A stretch of DNA of 64,000 nt from positions 1 to 64,000 of the forward strand of contig JALMLS010000397.1 of the NCBI GenBank assembly GCA_038496445.1, in the 5' to 3' direction. Shown piece by piece: positions 40,182 through 52,767 of the stretch (the stretch's first letter is position 1; every line of letters starts with the position of its first letter). The position numbers and the translations under genes are program-made. The notes under the pieces were generated by a model. The model searched no databases, was not told the DNA's origin, and saw only the letters and a program-made list of their open reading frames with translations. Source of the stretch: Trichosphaerium sp. ATCC 40318 (taxonomy: Eukaryota; Protista; Tubulinea).

Positions 40182-43100
40182 TTAGTGTGAGTGTCTGTGT
40201 GATCTACGTTGAGATGTAGTATGATCTTCTTTTGATTCATTATCTACGTCAGAGGCAAGTGTGTCATATTTTCTATCCAAATCTGTTACACCTTCATCAT
40301 TGTGACGTGTTTCCTCTACTCCACGGTTTGTTCTTCTGTAGTGATCATCTTTATACTCATAGTCAAACTCACTATCATAATCGTATCGGTTATGGGAATC
40401 TCTTTCTCTTGATGGACCGTGTTTCTTTGATAGTGAAGCAGTTGATCTTCTTGAAGAGTCATAATCATTGAAATCGTAATTGTAATCGTCTTGTGCGACA
40501 TCATCACCTCGGAGATTGGAGTGACTGCGATCATAATGATGGTCATCAGTGTAATCATCATCTCTGTAACTATCTCTACGAGCATGATAGTCATCATCTT
40601 CGTAACGGTCGTGAGCACGGCGATCATCTTCGTAACGGTCACCATCAAAGCTTCTTTCATATTCATGATCATAATCAGACTGGCGGTAATCATCAGGTCT
40701 TGAAGATCTACGACGTTTATAATCAAAACTAGAATCATAATCATAATCACTGTGATCGTATTCTTCTTGTCCGCTTCTGTAATCATCATAGTATGAAGTT
40801 CTTCTTCTTTTATGATACGATGATCCTTCCGAATGATCATAGTCGTTAAAGTCAAAACGATCGCGGTAGTCATCGCTGTATCTATCATAAGTTGGTCGAG
40901 GACGATAACGAGGGTATGGGCGACGAGGTCTTGGTCTTCTGTAGTAGTAATCGTAGTCAGGGTGGTCGTGATCATGAGTATAATCATCGTCACAGTCACT
41001 TTGGTCATCATCTTGATCATCGTAGCGGTCATCATAGTGATCATCGTAGCGGTCATCGTAGTGATCATCGTAGTCGTAATAATAATCATCATCATAATGG
41101 TATCGTGGGCGAGGACGAGGACGTGGACGTGGGCGTGAATGATAGTAATCATAATCGTAATCATAGTCGTAGTGATCATCATAGTGGTCATCATAGTCAT
41201 CCTGATAATCATCATAATCGTCGTAATGGTCATCATAGTCATAGTAATAACCATCATCATCATCGTAGTGGTCACAAACCTTACACATCTAAATACATTA
41301 GGTTTAAACTAACCGTAGCAACGGGAAGAAGATTTTTAAGAAGTAGCAACTTAACAAAACTCACTTAATGTTTCAGACTTTTTTTTTTGAGGTAAGTTCG
41401 TACTTTTGGTGGCTCTGTTGGTGTTGGAGGTGGAGCCGTTGGTGGTGGTGATGTTGGAGGGGCAGCCGTTGGTGGTGGTGGTCCAACCGTTGGAGGTGCT
41501 GCTGTTGGAGCTGCAGCCGTAGGTTCTGTTGAGTTGGCTGCTGCTACAGTTAGTGAAGCCCCAGAAGGAGACACACAGAAATCAGCAGACATTACAAGAT
41601 TGGCAATACCACTAAAGAAATAAGAACCAAAGACAAACTAAAAAGAGAAGAAAAAAAAAACTAAGAAATGCTTTTCGTCAAGGAGTTGCGACGTACCCAA
41701 TAGGACAAACACCGCCGGAAGAAACAAAAGACGGATCATTTGGATATGCTCCAATGTCAAAAAGGATATCAGACTCAGTACCAGCACCTTAATGAGAGTT
41801 TAGAGAAAGAACTAATGAGATTTTCTTGTAGACAGCAAACTTTTTTACAAAAAACGTGCCAGTGAGATTGATTGTGAATGTGCACGAAAGCGCTTCTCCA
41901 TCTTGAAGAGTTCCTGTTCCAACAAACGCATTACCTTCAACAGATGTAGTGAATCCCTAGTGAGGCAAATAAATAAAAAATTCAATTGAAAAAATAGCAC
42001 ATGTGTTATTACACGTGTTTTACGTACCCTATCGCAGTTTCCAGGTTGAACAGAACCAATACTTGAAGAGAATGGAAAGTGTACACGTGTGTCTACAGGA
42101 TATCCATCCAATTTATGGTAGTTATAGCAATTCATATTCACTTCAACAGAGTCACCTATTTTTAACAAAGAACACGTGTTAGCACGATGATCACAAAGGG
42201 AGAAAACCACTTAAAAAGTTCGAAAAAAACCGTCCAACCCCAACTTCTCTGCCCTACCAGCTGTGGCAGGAGAGAAAGGTAGTTTTGGATTGAGCGGTAC
42301 TAGATATGTGTCGTACCCGTAACATAAGGAGGCCCAGTACGACCTACCGCCGATATAGTGTAACAACAAGCAACAGGTGCGGCACAACAAAGAAAATCAG
42401 TGAGTATGTCAACGTTCGCTTCCTCTCCTTCAAAAGAAACTTCCATTCCAGTAACTGCTCTATGTGCTTGTATGACTTGGCTTGTAAGACCGCCACCAAG
42501 AGGTAAACACATATTCGTTGGCTCTTCAATGTTAGAAGAGGTTACAAGAGAAGACGTCTGATAACCAGATTCGGTTCTTGCTGTAATAGAAAATCTCGCA
42601 TTGTTATCTGCCTCTATTATCCTTACAAGGTAGCAAGCTAAAGAAATAGAATATATCAATACCAACTAACCAAAGTTTAAAAGGGTAAAACAAAAAATCG
42701 GGTATTTGTTAAGGGTAGTTTATGTGAAAAAAGCTTGTCGTGTAATCACGTGATTACAGTTCTTTGAGTTTTAGCTAATATAGTCCATATTCTACGTACA
42801 GCAACCAGTTGATATTACGTCAAGAGGTGGATCAAAGTCTCCGTCATAGTCGAGAGAACAATTACCCCTTGTTTGTACGTCCGCGCTGAACGTAAAGGAG
42901 CTAATGGATGGAAGAGAGTGACAAGAGACGGAAAGAGGTCCTTCGAGATGTCTTCCTGTGAGTGTACGATCTCCTCCAATCACTCCGCTTGAACCAGAGA
43001 TTGTGGAAAAGGCGGTTGAAGTACCTAAAATACAAAGAGTAAGAAAAAACTAACAAAATCGATAAATAAGCTCGAGCGTAATCAAAAACGTCATTAGTTT

Positions 43101-43329
43101 TGCATGCGTGTACAGCGTGTATAAGATTAGATGTAGAGATTGAAGAATTAAAAACACGAAAGGGTTTTTATTTAATGCTCCACCCGTTCATCCACGTGTT
43201 GTAAAAAGACGTACTACCAGTAACTCTTACACTAGAGAAATCGTTGAAATCATCAATTAACCACGGGCTTTGCCCGGCTATGTAAGTAGTAAAAAGGCCT
43301 AAAAGTACTATAAAAGTACGTAAAGACAT
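40182..43329 (-). CDS. Secreted modular protein: IDDF/IGGDR beta domain, Cys-containing domain, Pro/Thr linker, 368-aa Tyr/Asp/His/Arg tail
   Basis: Signal peptide MSLRTFIVLLGLFTTYIAG, WLIDDF, VIGGDRTL, LDYDG, PTAAPPT repeats at 41400-41530, last exon 40182-41288. Confidence 0.8.
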
Positions 43330-43971
43330 AGCAGCCGCGTTTGTAGTTACCAAAGCGTTGTATATTTGTGATTACTACAAGATTGTGAAGCAACGTGACT
43401 TAACTCTGAAAAAACGAAAACTTGAGCTTGTTTTCCTGTTGCTAATTGCCCCACGTGCTTTGGTGTTGGATGATGAAATAGGATTCAATCAATTGTCGTT
43501 ATGATTCGATGGACTAATTAATTTTCACGAGGGTAACGTAGTGGGCATAATTGATGCATTACATACCACAAACAACCTATTTTTTTTCTCCACAAATAGC
43601 TCACAAACCCAAAAACGTTTACACTCGTCATCAAAAGTTTAACAAAATGTAAAGTACTTACGAAGAGCGTCAAGGCAGTGGCAAGTAAAATTAGGTAAGT
43701 TGGAAAACGCAACCTTAAACCTGGCCTATTCTGGATCAAACAAAGCTGACGGCTATATTGCCAGATATACTATATTTGCACAATATTGCCATACTTGTGA
43801 AAAACATGTTGAAGCATCACGCCATAAGAATTGAAATTATCTTTGTTGACGAATTATTAACTGTAGTTAATACAGACAATACAAATCAAAGGTAGCAAAA
43901 AAGAATAATACAAAGGTTACATAAAAGAATGACTTTCGTTTTTAATTTTTTTTCTCCTTTTGTCAAGCTAA

Positions 43972-45659
43972 TTACAGTAATTTCTGAACAATTGTCGCAT
44001 TCTTTAAGCCAACATCTTCGAGTGTGAGTGTAAGCACCTGTAGAGGTGACGGAGGGAAAGCAGTACGTAATTCAAAATCGCGACCGCCAGTATCGCATTT
44101 GCTAAAGGAAACCAGTAAGAACACAAAAAAACGTTAAACATCCAATAAACAAAAAAATATAAAACGCACCTCATGACATAATACTTTAATTCCTGTATTG
44201 TTGTCGTCAAGTTAAACTTACCTGCAATACGTTTACCATTATGAAGTCGAATTTGAAGCTAAAAAAAATATATTAATAAGAATACCACAAACAAAAACAA
44301 GCATGTCAAATTATCACGTGATATCGCAAAAAAAAAATCACTTCGTACTCGTGTTGTTGGTTGAGACTCATCTAGCTTTAAGACAAAGTCTGCTGGTAAT
44401 ACAGCTTTTGTAGTAGTAGCTGTAGTCGGTGAGGTACTTCCCAAGCTCATACCAGAGCCACCATAAGCGATATATTTTGGTTTAGGTGGCTCAACATAAT
44501 CTCTTGTTTTCTCATCTTTGAGCTCAACATGTAACTCCTGACCGCGTACTTGAGCTTCAATCTCACGAGGTACAACACCATCATTAACATCGGATAAGAA
44601 TGCCTTATTTTTAGGGTCATCAAATCTACGTAGTGGACCATCATCAACAGTGAATCCATTTTTCCAAAACGTGAGAACTTTGACAACCTAAAACATATTT
44701 AATTAATGTAAGATCAACATGATAATGGATAAAAGAACAAATGCAGACATTATAAAAAAAATTATAGCAGGCTTGTATCTACTCGAAAAAAAACGCGCGT
44801 AAAGAAGGTGTGTCTATCTGCTACAAACAAGTAGTTTACAACGCCCTAAAAAAAACACAAAAAAAACTTTGACGTACTCTTTTTGGCTTATTACTTGGAG
44901 GAGGGGCAATAACTGCTGATGCTTCTGCTGGGTTATGACCTAGACGATATCCAGTACCATCAAATTTCGTTTTTTCTTCCTTTTCGAACTCGCTAGCGTT
45001 TACAGCTCCTTTTTTTTTGGCGTTTTCGAAAACATCTTTTACAATGGAAGAAGCCTCTGGAGGTCCTTGAATAGCAACGCCACTATACGTACATATGTTA
45101 ACGTAGTTATTAAAGGGCAAACGGTTCGTTTACCTGTTCTGTGAGCCTCCAGCGAAATAGTTCTGTGCGTCTGGGTTTTCTGGACCACTGTTAAAGTCGG
45201 AGATGCCCATTACGCCAGGTCTTCCACTAGAACAGGCAGTTAGCGAGAATAAAATAAATTCGCGTTTTTACGTCTTTTGTTTTTTTGACGGATTTGGTAC
45301 AGGTATATTCGTTTGTGCTGGTGGTACTTGCGCTGGAGGTACTTGTGCTGGTTGTGGTGCAGTTTGAGCTGGACTTGGTGTACCAGCTTCGAAAGCGCTG
45401 CTTACAGCCACCTAACGCCGGTGTTAACGCCAAAAATTACAACGTTATCAATTCAGTGCAAAGAAAACCTGCTGACAAATTTACTCTCTTAGAAAAACAT
45501 AGGTTGGTACAGCGAGCACTTGATATGGTTTTGGTTGAAATTAGTGGAGTAACGTACGTTTAGGTCCCAATTCGCTGCTTCAAGAAAAAAACTGGCTGAA
45601 GCGGTGTCTTTGCCTGTAATTTGGCAGAATTGTGCAATTTTGTTTTGATTGTCAGCCAT
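43972..45659 (-). CDS. NSFL1C: p97/Cdc48 cofactor p47 (UBA-like, SEP and UBX domains)
   Basis: IAQFCQITG...FFLEAANWDL, YFAGG, FWKNGFTVDDGPLR, LQIRLHNG, TAFPP. Confidence 0.93.
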
Positions 45660-45841
45660 TTTGGTTAGCTACGTTGTAATTTAGATGAAAACGACAATTG
45701 AAGTTCAAAAATTGTTAAATTGTATTCGTTACGCTTTACAACTTACCAACTGCTCGTTGTTTCAATAAATAAAGAATTTTGTGGACTTTGTTTTACCATT
45801 TCTTTTTTTTGTCCGTATTAGAAATTAACCGTTACGCTGTC

Positions 45842-46862
45842 ATGTTAGAAGGACAACAAGATAATCTAGTTGCTAAATTGCAAGAGGCAAAACATACAAT
45901 AGAAACTTTCAGCAGTACAACATGGAGCGACTTGGAATCGCAAAAGGAGAATAATAAAAATCTTGCGCATCAAAAGAAAGGTACAGCAGTATAATTACGT
46001 GGATTTGTTGCTAAAGGCGGGAAGATATTCTTAAAAAGATTGAAAAGGCCGAAAAAAGCTGCATACAGTCTCAACAGCGACTAAAAAGAGGTATTACGGA
46101 GTAGAAGCATTTGAAAAATTTAAATATTGATTAGAGCGCGAACAGGAAAAGAGAGACATTTATAATCTCAGAAAGGGCGTCAGTAAGCTACGTATACTCG
46201 AGCGCGCTCTAGAAGAGGAGGTTAGGTTCATTTGCGTAACTCTGTTTTTGACACAAAAGTAGGTTGTAACCGTTGAAAGCGAAACACAAAAGCGTGCCGA
46301 TATAATTAGACGGCGTAAAGACAGTACGTAGCCAATTTAGAAAGAGAATTCTCTTCTAATCATTTCTAGGACTTAACCAAGCAGACCAACAGCGTAAAGC
46401 TTTATACAACGAACTCTCATCCACTTGTGCATTATCTGAGAGCTCTCTTGGCCTCTCATTTTCGCGCGTAGATGGTACGACCCATTTTGAAATGTCAAAT
46501 TGCATTTATTCTATTGTCGTTGTATTAGCGTTTTAATGCGATCTTTCAAGGTGATTTGCGATTCGCGTTTACAGGTTTTAACGAACGAAACCCTGAGGAC
46601 GACGAGGTATCATTTTGTTTACACGTAAGCGGTGATGAAGATTACCTAGGTACGTTTCATTTCCTTGTTAGCTAAAACAGCAATTCGGTTGCTTACGTCG
46701 TTATTAGTTACCGAAACCGCTCCTCCTATACGTGAGAGCATTCTAGCACCATTACAAGCTGCTTTAAACCATGAAGAGTTAAATTTCCGCCATTTTGTAG
46801 TTGTTATGAGACATCTTCTTGTCCGTAAGGCCACAAGTGAGCAGTGTATTGGTTTCTATTAG
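45842..46862 (+). CDS. SPC25: Kinetochore protein Spc25
   Basis: N-terminal coiled coil, then LGLSF...GDLRFAFTGFNERNP...SFCL...LN...FRHFVVVMR (RWD-like Spc25 head). Confidence 0.75.
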
Positions 46863-47043
46863 AATTAGTTTCATTGCGACTGTCAAAGAAAAATTGTAGT
46901 CTTGTACATAACCAAAGGTGTCGTAACCTTGACTATTTGTAAAGTAAATACTGTTAAATCACTCGTGTCAGCTTTTAAGCGCCAATGTAGACTTGTTTAA
47001 GTTCCTTGTGCTACATTTTTCGGGAAGATTTACACGAACAAGA

Positions 47044-48075
47044 ATGAGTGCCGCACCAATATGTGTAGCACTAGGTAGTACCAATAACGGTAAGTTTCAG
47101 TATTGGTTTGTAATTTGACAGACGGGAAGCTAAAGTAAAGGCTGCGGAAGCAGCCCTCGCACAAGTATTCCCTAAATCAGCGATTAAAGTGATTCCTGTC
47201 AGTGTTGACTCTGGTGTAAGCAATCAACCTATGTCAGGTACAAAAGTAGTTTATTGTACTGTCTAACGCGCTTTTATAGATCAAGAATGCGTAGAGGGTG
47301 CTCAGAATAGGTGAGTAACAAAGATGGTCTTCAGTTCCATCAACACTCTAAATGCGTAGTTTCTTGTTAATTTATTATATTTCAGGGCGAATGCAGCTCT
47401 CGCAGCGACATCGTACGTTTTTTTCGTTAAACTTGTTTTATCGTACATATAGAACTGCGGAATATGGTATAGGCATTGAAGGGTATAAATGACGCTTGAA
47501 TTTTGACACATTCCAAAAGAAACTTCCCGCGCAAGAGCGAAAAACTCAAATTTTCCAATTTTCCAAGTTTTCTGTTAAATCCTTCTCTTAGAGGAATTCA
47601 AGCATTTTTTGGTCGTCATTTTCAGGTTAGCTGGATTGTACGTGATGTTTTAAGTCGTATTTTTATTCATGTATGCTTCCAGGTTGTCATCCATAAGAGC
47701 GGTACATGGAAATGAATAGCAATATCTTAGATTATTAGGTAAAAAAGGGTTTGGATGTGGTCCACGTGTGGAGTTATCAAATAAGATTGTTGGCAAGCTA
47801 GGAAAAGACGTAGAGCTTGCTGATGTAATAGACGAATTATCAGGAGAAACAGACTTGAGATCAAGAGGTGGCGTAATGGTGAGTATTCCTGATTTATTTT
47901 TACGGAGATGAAAACTTTTGTTTCTGGAAGGCTACCTATCAATCATGCTTGTGACTTTATTTTTTTCTTGTAGGGTATGTTGACATGTGGTCTTATGCCT
48001 AGAAATAAGATTCTCGCTTCTGGTGTCATCATGGCTTTTGCACCATTTCTTTCTGCTGATACGAATTATTGGTAG
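47044..48075 (+). CDS. Non-canonical purine NTPase (YjjX/DUF84 inosine/xanthosine triphosphatase)
   Basis: ALGSTNNAKVKA, SGVSNQPMS, GAQNRA, YGIGIEGG, GVMGMLT, AFAPF. Confidence 0.9.
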
Positions 48076-48299
48076 TGATTCAACACTTGTAATTAAAATA
48101 TCATCACATAGACAATAAACACCCAATTTTTGCCTTAAAAATCATATTAATACATGCCAATCACGTGAACACTAGCGTAGGATAAATGATTCGCGGAGGG
48201 AAGAAGCTGATGTTCATGTTAGCGCCTGTACCCTTGTAAGGGTACAAGAGATAATGTAAACATGATTATTTAACAGCTAACTACCGTCTACTTTCTTTA

Positions 48300-48617
48300 A
48301 CCATAAGGTCGCTTTAAGCCAATGTTAGAGTTTCATAAACACGAGCTAAAGCTTTAACGCCTTCATCTATTACTACTATTCGTTCTTGGCGAGCAAACTT
48401 GACGCAAAACATTGTGCAAAGTGGCAACAGCAAACTTAATTTACGAGTTCCTCACTGAGTTGCAGACAAGAGCCACACAAATGCCTCACTTTTGCAAAGA
48501 TTTGATTCTCATTATTGCCCAGATAGGAAACTTCCTCGAGCTCGTCAAGCAATTACTTGAAACTTCTGCTGTAACTGGACAATGGTTTTTGTAACTAGGG
48601 ATTGTATAGGAAACATG
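48300..48617 (-). pseudogene. Internally deleted remnant of an F-box/LRR paralog
   Basis: 48331-48374 matches 51281-51324 at 41 of 44 nt (DEGVKALAxVYE). The upstream part weakly resembles the N-terminal helix of the 29568 gene. Confidence 0.6.
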
Positions 48618-49279
48618 TACTTTCGAAATTGCTGTTACAAACAACAATTATGTAAAACGGGTTGCTCTACAAGGTTAGTAAAAGTGATATCATAGAATCA
48701 TGTCTAGCCTAGAGTCAAATCCTGCATTCACAGGTGCAGTGGTAAATTCTTAGTAACAATAAAGTATTTAGTTTTTTAAGCATGACCCATATTAATCACA
48801 GACTTAACACTGTCATCATTTGGAACATGCCTTCCATACATGCTCATCACATATCTTACATTCATTGTTGTACTTCGCTTAAACATCCTAATATCCTGTA
48901 GATGATAAAAAGGGTTGGTAATTTGACATTAGTGGTAGGACAAGAACTCAGTTTTTTGAACTAAAAAAAGTGGCAAACTATTTAATTACATCTAACTTTG
49001 AAACAGTGCAATTTTCAGCATATGTATTGCATTACAAAAGCAGTGATGAAATATTTTCCTTACTACAATATTAGTTGACATTGCTTAGTTGTACAAAACA
49101 CTCAAGCCGAAAAAACTGAAGTCATTTGCCTTTCTGCATAAAACGGAAGACAGAAATTAGGATGTTTTCTTTCCCACTATTTGATATTATTGTCAAACAG
49201 GCTGGTTTGCTAGGGTCCGACGAAAGAACTCATTTTACATACGCAAACTAGAAGATTTATTTGTAGTACAGTATTTATT

Positions 49280-50840
49280 GGTTGTGTATACTATCTGGAA
49301 AAGGAATATGTTCAAGTCAATATGCATCCACGCGAGTATTAGATAATCGTCGAGTACAAGGTTCTCTATCATTTGCGTATACTGGCGCACTTGTTGGTGC
49401 AACCGTTGGTGCAACTGTTGTTGGAGGTGATGTCGATGGAGAAGTTGTTGTAGGGGGTTCTGTTGGTGGTGATCTTAAAGTCATCGTAGCAAAAAAAGTT
49501 ATCTGAGACGGTACCATTGAGGGCAATGATAGACTTATGAGAAGAGTCAAAAAAGAATAAAAAAACAAAGAAAAGACGTACCTGAAGGTATTTGGATCTG
49601 GAAAAGTCAGTTGAGGGATAAGTATGGATGATGAATCGAGTGATGAGTCTATTTATCACAAGTGTTAGACATCAAGACTAGAAGAAAAAAAAGGTGTATT
49701 ACCAGTGATAGGTGTATTAAATGTACATTCTAAGGTCGTAGCTAAAATCCCTTGTGAATTAAACACGATATTGACGACAACTTTATTTGGATCAATATCA
49801 ACAGCAAATGACCTGCCCGCAATAAGATAATGATACTCGGTGTTCGGTGTCGTATCAGCATCATTTACTATGAAGGAAGGCACGTTTGGACCGGTTGTAA
49901 AGTCGGATTCAAACAAGTCCACTCTGTTACCAATAAGTACGCACCGACCTGAATCACCAACACCTTTTTTTTTCAATTAATGCGTGTCTTGTGGACTTTC
50001 ATACGTACTAACTTGCGCAAAAGCTGCGGTAATAGATAGAATACATAGAAGGGAAACAAGAGAAGGTGCTTTTATCATGATGAGTTGCAACACGTGGCTT
50101 ACGAAATAAAGTTGAAGTACTTTAGTTCAAATACACTTTCCGTAATTCTCTGTTTGAAAATGGCTTTTGGCTTGTGCACTTTTTCATTTTGTGATAGTGT
50201 ACTTTAGAATTAGTTGTAAGAAGCCTAGCTATCACTTTAACTTGTATGGAGAGGCGAACCATTCTGCGTACAAAATCCAACAATTGCCACTCATACTTGT
50301 ATTGTTACAAGAATATTATGCCTTTAAAGTTTGCAGTTTTTTGCTAGTTTAGAAGACTTGTCATCTAGAAAAGAACTATAACAATGTCCCATTTATAGAG
50401 GACGTAGGCGAATTTGTGCGCCTATTTGAAGGTGGATTCTACACGAATCAAGTGCACCTTGTATACCATAGTTGTCTAAGCAAACACGGTCAAGCAGTAC
50501 TCTATGTTAAATATGGATCTTTTTAGCGTCATGGAACTTTTTCATTTGTGACATTCTTTGGTATATACAGTGTTTGTGAGCGCCTACAACCACTCACAGC
50601 GTTGCCTGAGACACGAAATAACAATCATTGAAACTCAAAACATGTACATCATTTACTTTAGCTACCCATGCCAGCACTAGAACTCGCAATAGCAATAGGT
50701 CACATTATCGCGAAACCACGAAAGGCAATGAACAGAACCAAAGGTACCTGTAACACTATCACCGTTGCTGTAGGCTTTGTAAAGGCCACCGCATGGTACT
50801 TATACACCATTTAAATAGTGTTTAGTAAATCACGTGGATT
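49280..50840. repeat. Segmental duplication, copy B (inverted relative to 7370-8830)
   Basis: Same matches as listed for copy A. Confidence 0.9.
49317..50078 (-). CDS. Secreted protein of unknown family, copy B, with a Pro/Thr-rich linker
   Basis: Signal peptide MIKAPSLVSLLCILSITAAFAQ, 4 exons in frame, ends SPPTEPPTTTSPSTSPPTT...REPCTRRLSNTRVDAY*. Confidence 0.8.
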
Positions 50841-51119
50841 TAAAAGTTCAAAAACAATTTCTCCGTAGAACAAATAATGGATCACATTTTTGGTTAGTTT
50901 GTTAATTCTATCAGAAAGGTATCATATCCGCCTGGTGGTATAGATCTGACAAAAACTCAGAATTTCGTTGGAAAGTCACTTTTTTTTTGCCTCCAATTGA
51001 TACGAACAATAACCTAATCGTAATGAGCACATAGTTCATTGTCGAAGCTTACAGGAGGTTTTAAGAACTTGTTTGCTAGAAAAAGGGTCGCATTTATAGA
51101 AGGATATTTATTACGCATA

Positions 51120-52130
51120 TCACGTGTTCGTATTGACTAATGCAAATCTATCAACGACAGTAACTCCATGTAATTTAGATAATCCATTAGGAGTTACTTT
51201 AGTAAATACAACACCAATAGTATGAACACCAACTAAAGCTTCTATACCTACATCAGTAACGCCTGTTTTCTCGAGGTCAATTTCATAAACACCAGCTAAA
51301 GCTTTAACACCTTCATCTGTTACTTTTGTACATCCCGTCAAGTTTATAGTATGAACTCCTGAAAGAGCCTTAATACCTTCATCTGTTACTGCTTCACATC
51401 CACTGAGACAAATTTCATGAACACCTCCAAACAGTTTTATACTTTTATCTGTTGGACAGCATTCATACAAGTTTATAGTATGTGCTCCAGCTAGCGCTTT
51501 AAATCCTTCGTCAGTAAGATGAGAACAACCCATAAGATTGATAGTATGAACGCCAGCAACGGCTTTGATTCCTTCATCGGTGATTCCGTAACAGCTGTTT
51601 GCACTTAAACTATGGACACCAGCAAGAGATATTAGTGATACATCGGTTATATTTGTATTATAAGAAATGTTAACTGTATGAGCGCCTGCAAGATGAACAA
51701 CGCCTTCATCCGTAATGTTGTAGCAACTTGAAGCATTAATACATTTCACACCACTTAACGCCTTAAGTCCATCATCAGTGATGCGTGAGCTACTCAAATC
51801 AATCGTATGTATTCCTGCTATATGTTGAAGCGCATTGGCATCAAATGAACAGAAAGGAACCATTAGATGTTTGACACCTGAAAGGTCTTTCAAATTATCT
51901 TCAGATGGCCTACTTTTCCATGCAAACCTTACTATTGTATTCCGAAGAACTCCTGTGTATGTTGAAACGATAGCTGTATCACCGTCTCGTAGAATAACCG
52001 AGGTGTATCCAATGTGGTAATGAACTACATCAGAGAACAGTTTACAACTTTGAGCTATTGTGAACCGTGCTTTTTTGAGGTTTGAGAAAATGAGACAAAG
52101 TATTTCATTAGGTAAGTTGATAAGAGACAT
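51120..52130 (-). CDS. Intronless F-box/LRR protein (GVHTI-type repeats)
   Basis: LINLPNEILCLIFSNL F-box and about 10 LAGVHTINL...TDEG repeats. Confidence 0.92.
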   Translation of the reverse strand: MSLINLPNEILCLIFSNLKKARFTIAQSCKLFSDVVHYHIGYTSVILRDGDTAIVSTYTGVLRNTIVRFAWKSRPSEDNLKDLSGVKHLMVPFCSFDANALQHIAGIHTIDLSSSRITDDGLKALSGVKCINASSCYNITDEGVVHLAGAHTVNISYNTNITDVSLISLAGVHSLSANSCYGITDEGIKAVAGVHTINLMGCSHLTDEGFKALAGAHTINLYECCPTDKSIKLFGGVHEICLSGCEAVTDEGIKALSGVHTINLTGCTKVTDEGVKALAGVYEIDLEKTGVTDVGIEALVGVHTIGVVFTKVTPNGLSKLHGVTVVDRFALVNTNT

Positions 52131-52767
52131 TGTGGCACTAATTTTGTATCGTTAAATAGAGATTGTGGTTAATGTTGTAAACTGTTCAGTGAAAATATTC
52201 CAACAGCACGGATTTTTTTTTTACTACTGCTGCGTGCCTTTGGGTAGCTGCGTAGTCTATCGAGTGATTTGTGTCAACGCGTTGTTGTACTTATTGTGTG
52301 TTGCGAATAATAAAAAACAGCATTAAAAAAATTGCCGATTTTCCACCATATCCACGTGACTTCTCTAACGACACATGATTGTGCAGTGTAGTAATATCAT
52401 GTGATGTGATAAATTTAACATGTTGGCACATTAACCACTACAGAGTGATCTATTTTGCTTTAGAGGTATTCTTTTTCGGAGCTCCTTGTGTACATCAAAA
52501 ATGCCTTTCAATGCACGAAAAGGACATCTTTTGTCTACACAGTTGAGATGGTATTTTGTGCATGCTTGATACCTGAGCTTAAAGGGTAGTATGAGGTGAC
52601 TCGCTACTTGGTTTTTACAGGGGTAAAACTATACCTTTTGGATCTTTTGCTACAACAATGCAAAAAAAATGCAGTCACCGCAGTAACAAGTCTTACCTAT
52701 TTCACAAAAAAAAAAGTCGAGTTGAGTTGGAGTGTTAACAGTACTGTATATCTTTTTATTATTTTTG

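Noticed and set aside
40232-41368. Multiple long overlapping ORFs (Met/Thr/Ile-rich and antisense)
   Set aside because: They are shadow frames of the low-complexity Asp/Tyr/His codon repeats.
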